The position numbers were made by a program, and so were the translations under genes. DNA of 63,589 nt, filler included, from Kipferlia bialata (taxonomy: Eukaryota), in NCBI GenBank assembly GCA_003568945.1. It is 4 parts of 4 records of this genome, joined end to end, with 100 filler letters (N's around TTAATTAATTAA, not from the genome) between each part and the next. Parts side by side here need not be neighbours in the genome. Positions count along the whole stretch, not along the records: positions 1 to 20,448 come from BDIP01000373.1; positions 20,549 to 40,995 come from BDIP01000374.1; 2 more parts are not named here. One strand, given 5' to 3'. Below are positions 12,970 to 23,464 of the stretch, one piece after another. The notes under the pieces are model-generated. The model saw only the letters and a program-made list of their open reading frames with translations, was not told where the DNA came from and searched no databases. Positions within the stretch are counted from its first letter, which is position 1; each line of letters opens with the position of its first letter.

Positions 12970-13501
12970 TCAACAGCAATTGTAAATAGTACTCTCTCTG
13001 ACGAGAGTGACTATTGGTATTGTTATGTGTTCTTTGTGCGTGAGCGAGTTCTTCTCACATTGTTTGTAGCATATGTTCTTTGGTACAGAGTCCAAGGACT
13101 CCGAACTCTGTGTTGAAAACGTTAGCTTTTCAATGTACCTGTATGTGGGTTCCCCTAATAATTCACTTGTACTGAAGTCATAGAACTTCTAGTCCACACA
13201 CATCAAGTTCTTTCATGCAATATGACTGTCTTCTCTTCATACCTGCAGCGGCATAGTGTCTTTTCCAATTTTGATACCTTCCAAACCCTTTCTCGAGTGT
13301 TTTGACGTTTGGGGGAAGCAACGGCATTGCAGCTCTTTTCGCCCGTGATATATACGCATAGCGGTCCCCACGTATCAATAACTTAGCACCACGGTGTTTA
13401 CCCACCTAGTGTTCCTATTGTGCTGTGACTGATAGTCAGCACATCGGAGTGGAGGACTCTCGGCATTGGTGTCAGTACCAGACATATAGAGTACTTGTGC
13501 G

Positions 13502-14118
13502 ATGCCGCCCGGTGTCACGTTCCCGGCATACTATGCTGGGCAGAAGTGGGCCAACCTGGGCCATGTGTACATCAACCTGATTGAGCTGCTGGAGTACAGG
13601 AAGGACCAGGCTGCGCTTAGTATGGTGCTGAGGGAGCAGATACTCAAGGTGCGGCAGTGTATATACTCAGACAAGCAAACATACCGGCATTGTATCACTG
13701 TCATCAGTGAGTATTAGTATGTGTATATTCACATATGTATGTGTCCGCCTCTCCACCACCTTCCCCCCCCCCCCCCCCCCCGCCCCCCCCAAATACACCC
13801 TCAACACTTGTACTATATGTCCCGCGGCATATACTCTTTCATATACCAATTTCTACGCTCTCAGTTGACGGCAGGAATCCTTGCACCTCTGAAAGTGACA
13901 GCCATGTGGAACACAGACGATATTCCAGCATGGCAGCAGGTGTTGCTTTCAAGGAACTATCATAACACATATATATAGTATATAGTATAGTCGGATATAT
14001 AGTATTTAGTATTGCTATATATCAATTTGAATGGATATATGCACTTTCTGCCACAGCAGATGCACCACATCTTACTCCAGTGCTACGTATTCGAGCTTGT
14101 TTGGAAGAATGTATACAG
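13502..14118 (+). CDS. Short coding exons of unknown product; possibly 5' exons of the downstream SIR2-like gene
   Basis: MPPGVTFPAYYAGQKWANLGHVYINLIELLEYRKDQAALSMVLREQILK|gt, LTAGILAPLKVTAMWNTDDIPAWQQ|gt and QMHHILLQCYVFELVWKNVY|gt, with plausible splice sites. Confidence 0.35.
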
Positions 14119-14614
14119 GTATGTTCGCTTGCTGGTCCTTCCTGTCAACATCTTTCACTCCAAAGACTAGGGAATCAAAAGAATACTAACAGTATTAATA
14201 TAGTGAAAACACGAACTATACTGCTGTATTTGCCCTACTGTCCACGGTGGTGATGACTTGTGCTACTCTTTGGTCACGATAGCAGCGTTCTAGAGTACTG
14301 ATACTAATACCCTCATTATTATATAGTTTTATATATATAGATTTATATATATAGATTTATATCTTATAGTTTTTGCGGGCCTCTATTGCACCCTTTGTAC
14401 ATTCTTAAGTCTCAAGATTAGCAATTTACCATTATGTTTGAAACCCCACCGACGGACCAGACTCACTGAATAACAAATAGGAATGTAGAGCTCGGTCTCC
14501 CTGCATTTGACCAGGTCCTGGATTTTCAGGCAAGACTACCCACATTGTGTATAGTTTGTGTTCATAAGAGTGTATCGAAGAGTATAGAATGAATGTGAAT
14601 GAATCCTGATACAG

Positions 14615-16729
14615 ACCGGCCGCGCTGAGGACTTGAAACAGTTTCAAGATTGCCTTGCCAATGGCTCTCCCGTCATAGTCCTTGGATCTGCCATCACCAC
14701 CAGCCTGGCCTCCAATGCCAGCGTTGAGGGGACTCTGTTGAACAAGGCCTGCGACCTCATGTTTGAGACCCAGGGCAACCTGACTGTGTTCCCTCACATT
14801 TCTGCAGAAATGCAGAGGTTGCGTGACGAGGAGAGAAGGGTCGAAGATATCCAGACTTCCACAGTGCTTGAGACTCGAAACAAGGTCGGCGCTCAATGTG
14901 ACATGTTCGGGCTGTCAGCTGAGAGAAAGATCAGGCCTAAGCTGGGGATATTTCTCGCAGAGGTTCAGAGGTTCAGCGATGGGTGCTCTGATAGTGACAT
15001 CACTAAGGACGTATGTGGTATCAGGGACCTACTGGGAGAAGTAGCAGCCCTGTCTGAAGCTATCAGGGAGAGTAGCGCAGTGAGAAGGGCCCAGATGGCA
15101 GAGCTCTGCATGCTAGTGTATGAGGTCAGTTCTGGACTTGGTGACCTGGGCTCCGATGTCGTCGGGTTTGAGAGGTGCATTCAACTCTCTCAATGTGCAT
15201 TAGAGCTCGCCCGTCCCGGTATTGATCCCGTTATGGCCCCTGAGTCCCTGGTAGAGCCTCTGCTGGTGGCATTCCGCCTCCTGGCCATTGCTGCTGTCCT
15301 TGCTTTGGATAACGGAGGCCGGGAGTGCGGTCCCAACGACCGGCAGCTGGAGATACTCTTGAAGAAGCTCTCTGATATATCTGAGATGCCTCCGGGGGAG
15401 ACGGGGTCCTTCCATGCCGTGACTACTGATGCCCGCATGCTGCATGATGCCCTAGCTACACCTGAGACACGGAGAGGTCTGCCTGGTACATGGTACCTTA
15501 TGAGGACTGAGGTGGTGTGGGCCAGGGGTATGATGTTGGAGTCTGGCACTAGACGTGCACCTCTTGCACAGGGAGATCGTGGCTATGTTGGGTCTGTCGT
15601 TCGAGAGCTTGAGCTGGACCCACCTGTGACCTACGAGACTGTGTCTGTTCGCAGTGGACTGCGGGCCCTTGCCCAGGTGCCGAATGCCTCCCTCTGTACC
15701 ATCACACAGGATAGTATCCTCGAGGAGGTGTTGGACCGGAGATCCATATCTATCCAAGAGGTCTGCACCGACAGCTCTGCCATGTCCGCCCATCAGAGAG
15801 AAGTGCTTCATCTCCATGGTGTAGCATCTGTTGACAGCTCGGTCCACTACGCAGTGACATACCAAGACTTCTGCAGGGGTCATGTAGAGTTCTTAGCTGC
15901 CCTCTTGGGTCCATCCATGGATCCACTTTGTGGTAAGAGTGCAGTGGGGCTGCTTAGCCCATCCGGTGAGGCCAAGCCAGCATCCATCAGACCCATGGTG
16001 TTTGTAGGCACTGGCCATTTGCCCCTAGAGGATCCTCACTTTCTGAGTCTCTTCGAGAGACTCAACATCCTCGCAGACAAGAAGGCAGACTACCAGCGAC
16101 ACTATGTGCTTGGTGCCCAGTGTACCACTTGGGAGACAGTGCAGAGGCTGAACACTCGGTTTCCCTTCATCAACCTTGTCTTCATCGACTCTGGCTCTGC
16201 GGTCCACGCCAGAGGGCCCTTCCTGGTCCAACACGTACTAGCAACGTTATCCTCAGTACAAGAGTACATCATGTGCCGGGATCTTGCTGAGTGCATCAGC
16301 AACGACCTTGATTCTACCCCTCCATGGCTTCAACGTGTTTTGCGAGGTGGAAATACCACACCAGAAGAGGTTCATGACAGTCTCACACACTCTCGATCCG
16401 GTCTCTCTGAGTCAGAGTCTGACCTGTTTCGCAGGAGTGTAGGTGAATCCATCGCCTATGGGTTTGAGAATGGTGGTGTGTCCCCCAACCCCTTTGCCCC
16501 TCTCATCCATGCCATCAGACGCCACACAAGCACACCTAGGAGTGGGAAGGTACTGGTCAGCTGTTATATATTTCTTGGTCAATCTCATCACCAGGTGCCA
16601 CGTGAGAATCTGTCAATCAGCCAGCTAAGAGAGAAGGGCCGGGCGGAAATGGACAGAATGGGAGCACTGGACTCGCAGAAGATTCCAGCACTGGCAGATT
16701 CGCATGAGAGTGGCCAGTGTACTCTTTAG
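14615..16729 (+). CDS. SIR2-like (SIR2_2/FAM118-type) protein, copy A, with degenerate NAD-binding motifs; true start probably in an upstream exon
   Basis: ~700-codon open frame: PVIVLGSAITTS (GAGxS position), LCTITQDSILEEVL (TxNYD position), VLHLHGV, MVFVGTGHLPLEDPHFLSLF. Likely acceptor acag|acc at 14614 and a 45-nt in-frame intron at 16550-16594. Confidence 0.8.
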   Translation, partial: TGRAEDLKQFQDCLANGSPVIVLGSAITTSLASNASVEGTLLNKACDLMFETQGNLTVFPHISAEMQRLRDEERRVEDIQTSTVLETRNKVGAQCDMFGLSAERKIRPKLGIFLAEVQRFSDGCSDSDITKDVCGIRDLLGEVAALSEAIRESSAVRRAQMAELCMLVYEVSSGLGDLGSDVVGFERCIQLSQCALELARPGIDPVMAPESLVEPLLVAFRLLAIAAVLALDNGGRECGPNDRQLEILLKKLSDISEMPPGETGSFHAVTTDARMLHDALATPETRRGLPGTWYLMRTEVVWARGMMLESGTRRAPLAQGDRGYVGSVVRELELDPPVTYETVSVRSGLRALAQVPNASLCTITQDSILEEVLDRRSISIQEVCTDSSAMSAHQREVLHLHGVASVDSSVHYAVTYQDFCRGHVEFLAALLGPSMDPLCGKSAVGLLSPSGEAKPASIRPMVFVGTGHLPLEDPHFLSLFERLNILADKKADYQRHYVLGAQCTTWETVQRLNTRFPFINLVFIDSGSAVHARGPFLVQHVLATLSSVQEYIMCRDLAECISNDLDSTPPWLQRVLRGGNTTPEEVHDSLTHSRSGLSESESDLFRRSVGESIAYGFENGGVSPNPFAPLIHAIRRHTSTPRSGKVLVSCYIFLGQSHHQVPRENLSISQLREKGRAEMDRMGALDSQKIPALADSHESGQCTL

Positions 16730-17433
16730 AGCTTTACATGCGCCATCTGCGGGCACAGTGTACTGGAGTAGTGCACACCAGGACTGGGCTGGAGGGTGAG
16801 TATTAGTAGTATCCTGCAATTATGATATATCTAGTAGTATTGAGTAGCCCTAACGTAACCCGCAATAATATAACAGGACCTTGCAGGAGTTCTCTGTTTG
16901 CCTACGTGGCGACAAGGGTTACGGAGAGTTGGGGTGCCATAGTACTTTGGGCACAGGCGTGGCTCTAGGCTGTCACAACTTGGTCAGAGACACATACCTG
17001 TCAAACACTACTATACTATAGTATAAGTTAAATAGATTCACTAAGAATTCAGTGTAATGCACTTTAGCAACTTGAAGGTGACGTATTTATATAATGGACC
17101 GTTGGGTCTAATTGTAGAGAATACAGGCTTCGGGGCTAGTCGTAGGGTCTGCTAGACCATACTGACCAGCGATCAGGACAGTGATATTCAATATGACTCT
17201 ACATAGTTAGAGCAAGCGAACATACAATGGTTCATGTGTGTGGTTCATGTGTTGAGGATCTAGAGATACTCAGAGACTTGCACTTCGTTACACTTGGGCC
17301 TGACGTCACATAAATGGTGCCAAAGTCTCACTAACGAATATGAATGTGTGTTGAAAAACCCTGAGAAACCCCGAGGAATCAATACCAAGAAGTATACAAG
17401 AGTGTCAATAGTGGACAAAGCCAACGTCACCTA

Positions 17434-19661
17434 CCTGTGCCTGAGACACCACCCTCACCAGGATTGCCCTCTTGGTGTCCACTCTCGACTGAAGCTCCAC
17501 CGGCGTCATCCTCTGCTTCACAGCCAGTTCCTGAGGTTATACTAAGAGAACTAACAACATACTCCTGATGATAGGCTGACATCACGACATACATACTGGG
17601 TGTGTTGAATATATCTTCTCATATGGTATATGATATAATACCTTTCTCATTTCGGGGTGCCCTACCAGGTCAGAGAGCAAGAAGGACTCTTGCAGTGACG
17701 AGAGGGAGCCTCGGTTGTCGACAGCAGTGGCCAAGTCAGCAACAAACTGTGCCATGACAGACTCTGAGAAGAAGTCTGACAGGTTGAAGTCTCTCTCCTT
17801 CAGAGCCTTCTTGACCTCCTTGCTTTCATCCTGTGAGAGAGCAGGGAATGCATGGCTCGTCACAGCACTTCTCATGACCTCTTGCTCCCAGGGACATATG
17901 CTCTTGATGTCCTTGTGGACCTGCAGGGAGACTGACTTACACATCGTGTTGATGGTAGTGTCGGCATCGAGTCTCCTGCCGAGTGCCTGAATGGCGTGAT
18001 CTGTGAGGAAGGGGCCAAGATCATCATAGTTGGCACCGTACTCGAGGTAGGTGAGGTTCAAGTTGGGGAAACGTAGACGCAGACGGTCCACGGTGAGCTT
18101 GAGTCCTACCTCCTCGACGGGGTCTCTGCCTATGACAAAGTGCCGCTGGGGACCATATGTCACCCCTGCCTGGTAGCTTCCTCCAGCAGTTGCATCCCCC
18201 ATCCTGTTAAGGATCTCGAAGAGGCCTAAGAAGTGAGGGTCCTCAAGTGTGCCTCCCACCCCAATGAACACCATGGGGCGGATATGGACGGGTGTACCGT
18301 GGGCGGCTGGAGCAAGCAGAATGCCTCCGCGGTCTCTGCCAGCCTCTGCTCTTTGCCGGGACCCAAGGAGAGCCTTGAGGAACTCAAGGTGTCCCTTGCA
18401 GTACTCCTGGAAGGTCAGAGCGTAGTGGACGGAGCTGTCCCCAGACGACACACCATGCAAGTGCATAACGTCCTTGAGACTGGCCACGGCGTCGTACTGT
18501 TCCGCAATCTCATGGATGTAACGAGTCTTGCGGTTCAGCACAACCTCGAGGATACGGTCGTAGTTGAGGCTGGTGATGAAGGCTCCAGGGAGATGAGTGA
18601 ATGCTCTGAGGCCACAGCGCAGAGCCACAAGCGGGAATGCCACAGGAAGCTGCACACGTTGGAGGTCAATGACAGACTCAACATAGCGGCGGTCCCCAGC
18701 ATTGGAGCTGTGGATGCTCTGCTCGAGAATGCGCCCTCTTGCCCACACTGTCTCAGTGTAGATGAGAGAGTCAGTGGGAGGCATCATCTGAAGTGCAGTC
18801 TCCAAGACCGCTGGGTCCTTCAGAGTCTTTGGGGCCTCAGACGTCTCCAGCACGCCAAGCAGGAGCCGTGCCTCTCCTGACACAGCATGGAAAGAGGATG
18901 TCAGACCCGGGAGTATGGTGACAAACACATTCAGTTCCTCCACCACCCGTGACAACATGTCCCTGTCATCTAAGTGATCTAGGGCCAGGACCAGAGCCAG
19001 AGACACTAGCCTGTATGCCACTAGGACAGCCTCCTCCCCACCGTCTTGCTGCTCTGCCACCACCCTAGCAGAGGACTGCTTGTGTGCCTCCTTGGCCATT
19101 GCGAGGCACCAGTCAAAGAGCACGTCATCATAGGCACTCAGCTCTATCTCTCGGAGGTAGTTGGTGTCCTGGTACACCTCCAGACAGCGACTAACCATCT
19201 CGGCTCTCAACTCTACACATCTCTCCTTCCACCCAACACTAATGCGCTGAATGTGCCCAATCACTGCTGATACCTCTGCCGTAGAGGGTGACGCGGCAAG
19301 GCTACCGTCAATGAGGCCCAACACATCAATCAGTGGGACTGAACAGGGAGTCCTTCCATGGACAGGTGTGAAGTACTCAAGGGCTCTCTCCATCTCAGAC
19401 GTCTTTCTCTTCTGCTCTTTCTTCTCCTTGGCCACAACGTCGTCCATGCGCTTGGAGATCTCTTTAAGACAGTCAAAACCAGTCTCAGACTCAAACATGA
19501 GTCCATTCACCTTCTCCAGCAGGCCTCCCCACAGCAGAGCATTGTGTGCGAGGGCAATGGAGGTACCGGCACCCGCAACCAATACAGGCCCATCAACTCC
19601 AAGGGACTTTTGGAACTGCTGAAGGGAGTCCTGCATACCAGCAGAGGGGTCGGGAGGCACC
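17434..19661 (-). CDS. SIR2-like (SIR2_2/FAM118-type) protein, copy B, motifs intact; additional short 5' exons likely up to ~20130
   Basis: PVLVAGAGTSIALAHNALLWGGLL, FITSLNYDRILEVVL, VMHLHGV...YALTFQEY, MVFIGVGGTLEDPHFLGLF. Intron 17641-17565 lies at the same position as in copy A. Confidence 0.85.
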
Positions 19662-20390
19662 TGTGTCAATCGATTCAAGGACCCATAGGTACTACCATAA
19701 CTAATAGTACCTGCACACTGCTACCGATGTCCAAGAATGGGTCCAGACAGTGCTTCAGGTTTCTGTGTGAGGATATACAGCCACCAAGTACGAGTCAGAG
19801 ATAGTTGAAAAGTACAATATTAATCTTGTCCTACTGATTCATACAGGTATTTGCACATTATCAGCACACTATCAGACCAACGATGGGGTCCAGTAATGTC
19901 ATCAATGCCGAGCTGTACCTGAGCACAATCTTTCGGAAGCGTTTGAACTGGTGTCAGGGTATGGAAGGTCACTGCCATACTTATATAGCATAACTAGTTC
20001 TACTACACAAGAGGAAGGAACCTGCACCTTCAACTTGGAATAATGTATCTCGTTGTGTACCTCATCCTTGGTGGGAGTGGGGGGAGTGGGGGGAGCAGAG
20101 GGGGGAGTGGTGGCAATGGGCATCTCCAATCAAGGGACAGAATCTGGGTTGAGGAGAGGGTTCGGCAGGGGAATTCATACAAATAGAGTATTCCTTTCGG
20201 GAGAGAAACTAGGGAGAGGATCAGATATGGAAATTGACGTGACACACAATCACGACGATGAGAGAGAGAAAAAGGACAGAAATAGATTCAGATGCATACA
20301 ATATTGAATGGAAAGGACATGAAATAGGAAATATACAGACACATAGATATACCAGAGTGAAACAAATAGGAAGAATTGTAGAAGGGGTAT

Positions 20391-20436
<46 letters not shown>

Positions 20437-20448
20437 AAACAAAACCAA

Positions 20449-20548
20449 NNNNNNNNNNNNNNNNNNNNNNNNNNNNNNNNNNNNNNNNNNNNTTAATTAA
20501 TTAANNNNNNNNNNNNNNNNNNNNNNNNNNNNNNNNNNNNNNNNNNNN
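20449..20548. other. Artificial scaffold-joining spacer (44N-TTAATTAATTAA-44N)
   Basis: Identical 100-nt spacer occurs three times; the linker has stops in all six frames. Confidence 0.97.
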
Positions 20549-20916
20549 TTTTTGGGTTTCTTTTTCCCCCCCCCCCCCCCCCCCCCACCTCTCTCTCTCT
20601 CTCCATACATGAACATACATGAAGGGTACGATGTACATTTATATACATATATACTCAGTTTCTCTGTCCTTCATTAGATGCATAAACATATCTCTCACCC
20701 CCGTTGCCCTTGGTGTTCTCAACGCAGGCTCTCTCTCTCTGTCTGTCTATAAATATACATATATCTCCCTCTCTATATATATACCCTCACCCCCAGGTGC
20801 CCTTGGTGTCCTCAAGGCAGAGTCTCTCTCTCCCCCTCTTTCTCTCAATCTATATACAGATACATATGCATATAATATCTAGCAGAGTATCTTGTGTAGT
20901 ATATACCTCACCCCAG

Positions 20917-23091
20917 GTGCCCTTGGTGTCCTCAAGGCAGGGGACGAGACATCATCCCAGGAGAAGGTATGTATTCATTTACTAGTGTTTATCATGCATG
21001 ATTTTCTGTTTGATACTGCACTATTTACTCTCTTACATAGTATATACAGTGTATATATATGTCTATTAGTACTGACCATCAGATCATGGCCCTGGGCACC
21101 CTTGTATATACTCTGTACACCCTATATATACATATGTATTGATTAGTGTATCCATATGGGTACTATATATGTCTTTACCATCAGATTATGGCCCTGGGCA
21201 CCCTTGCTGACCTAGTTGAGAACATTGACAATGCCAATGTCATGGGTCCCATGGAGGCATACCCCATAGTGATGCAGTGTGCTGTGTCACCAGGTATGTA
21301 TATAGTATTTACAATATAATGGGTATAGCACATATAATGTGCAGTAGTATGTAGGTGATGTATCTCTAGGCTAGATATTCAGTCACTCCCTCTGTATATA
21401 ATTGATTCTATTCACTACTATCTCTCACGGCCTGCGCCCCCCTTCCTCATGTTCTCTCTCTTTCTCTCTTTCCCTCAATATACCTTATATACCTTCTCAC
21501 TATATATGTATAGACATATTATACATGTATCCCTCTCACTCCAGATGCTGACATGGCCTGTGTCGTCCTTCTTCGTGTTCTCTATTTATACCTGTGCATC
21601 AATTATCTACTCACCCCCCAGACGCCGACATGGCCTGTGCCGCCCTCCTGGTCCTGGCCAATGCAGTCCAGGACAACGCTAGGTACTGGTGTTACTCTTG
21701 TGTTATCGATATATTCTGTATTGATATGTATGTGTATGTTGTCTCACCCCAGGGGTCTTGAGCAGGCCGTGTCCAATGGTATCCTGGGACCATTCCTGAC
21801 AGCTGTGGCAGGGGGGGTGGGCCAGGTATATTTACTATTATATACTTTTGTGTATACTATTTATATNNNNNNNNNNNNNNNNNNNNNNNNNNNNNNNNNN
21901 TTTTGTGTATACTATTTATATATTGGTGTCTATTGGGTATATGTAGTGGTATCCTTGGACCATTCCTGACAGCAGTGGCAGGGGGGGTGGGGCAGGTATG
22001 GATATGGAGACAATACTATTCTATTACACATCTGGTTGATCACTCATGTCACTCCCCCCCTCTATCTCTATCCCTCTATGTCTAACCACCAGCCCACCAC
22101 CCCCATCAATGTGCTCAATGCATCCCTTAGGCTGGTGTCTGCCATGGTCAGGTACAGTATTGGTATGTATTAGTATATTAATATATATAATTACGTTCTA
22201 TATATACCCCAAGTATACTGTTTACCCTAACCTCTCAGAGTGACCCAGGCCATGCCCCATGTGATATCCTCCTCTGACTCCCCTGTTCTGTCCATCATCA
22301 GAGCAGCCACGGTCAGGAGACCCATACACCCAACGCTGCACAGGTTTGTTAGCAGTAGTATGTCGTAATAGTATTTACATAGTATATATGTACCATATTA
22401 TACTGGTATGAGATGTACATCCTGTATGTAATTCCCCCTTACCCCAGGCGTCTGTGCTTCATGCTGTCTCTCTTCCCTGTCCTGTGTGACGAGAGGACAA
22501 GGAAGATTGTGTTCACAAAGGTATACCTTGATTCCCTATATATTGAGGGTATTGTAGTACGTGTATATGTGTATGCCCGGTACTACTTGAGGTGTTACTG
22601 CTAATCTCTCTCTCTCTCTCACTCACGTGGCATGCCTCTCGTTCACTCACCCCAGGGCAACCGGCTCAAGTTCCGTTCCCTTGTGTCCGACATCCTAGAC
22701 ACAGACACGCAGACAGAGGGGGATGTGGATCTCATCGAGAAGGTACTATATAGAAAATATATATCTACCCCCCCCCCCCACCTCTGTGTATATATACACG
22801 TGTGTGTCCTCACCCCAGGCCATCGCCCTCTCCGCTGTCCATAACAACTCTCTCTCTCTGTACATGTATATTCCTTATTCTCATACCTCTCCACTGTCCT
22901 CGACAACGGTTCTCTCTATATCCCCCCCCCCTCCCCCATCTCTCTCCCTATACATGTATAGATGTATATACTGATACCAGGCCACTGCCCTCTCCACCGT
23001 CCTTGACAACGGAGGCAGAGTCCCCATGTCCCCTGAAGAGAGGGCAAGGCAGACTATCGAAGAGGCAAAGGCCCCAAAGGCACTGCTGTAG
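20917..23091 (+). CDS. Hsp70 nucleotide exchange factor, Fes1/HSPBP1/SIL1 family (armadillo-like), 5'-partial
   Basis: Spliced EKIMALGTLADLVENIDNANVMGPMEAYPIVMQC...DADMACAALLVLANAVQDNARGLEQAV matches the Fes1/HspBP1 motifs LxxLVExIDNAN and AxxVLxxAVQNN; DLIEKA near the C-terminus; stop at 23089-23091. Confidence 0.85.
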
Positions 23092-23464
23092 ATCTAGACA
23101 GGGATGCATGTGTGAAAACTGGATCATATACATAGGTGTGCTTTGTGTGGAGAGAGAGATGCACACTGTAGTCGCCCCCAGTTGGTTTGAGTGGGTGTGT
23201 ACACGCTACAGGATGGACATCGTTTTCTGGAGTATGTTTGTATTGTACACGCCTGTTGGCAGAGTTTCTATATCTACGTGATATGTCTCTCTATGACATA
23301 GAGTGTTGGTTTGTGTTTCCAATCAACGTAGGAGATTTGCTAGCAACGTAATCAAATAGATAGACACTCTGAGTTAGTATCACTCTGCTTAGAATGGTTA
23401 TCGTATCTGTCAATCTATTAACCCCATATGTCTATGTCTGTGTGCATTTACAATATATTAACCC

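Noticed and set aside
13178..13405. 75-aa basic minus-strand ORF upstream of SIR2 copy A, a possible accessory gene
   Set aside because: Non-ATG start, no recognisable motif and no supporting splice structure; cannot be supported.
14633..19678. Both SIR2 ORFs are exactly 698 aa in the ORF track
   Set aside because: Coincidence: both calls start at TTG codons near splice acceptors and run into introns, so they are not the true protein lengths.
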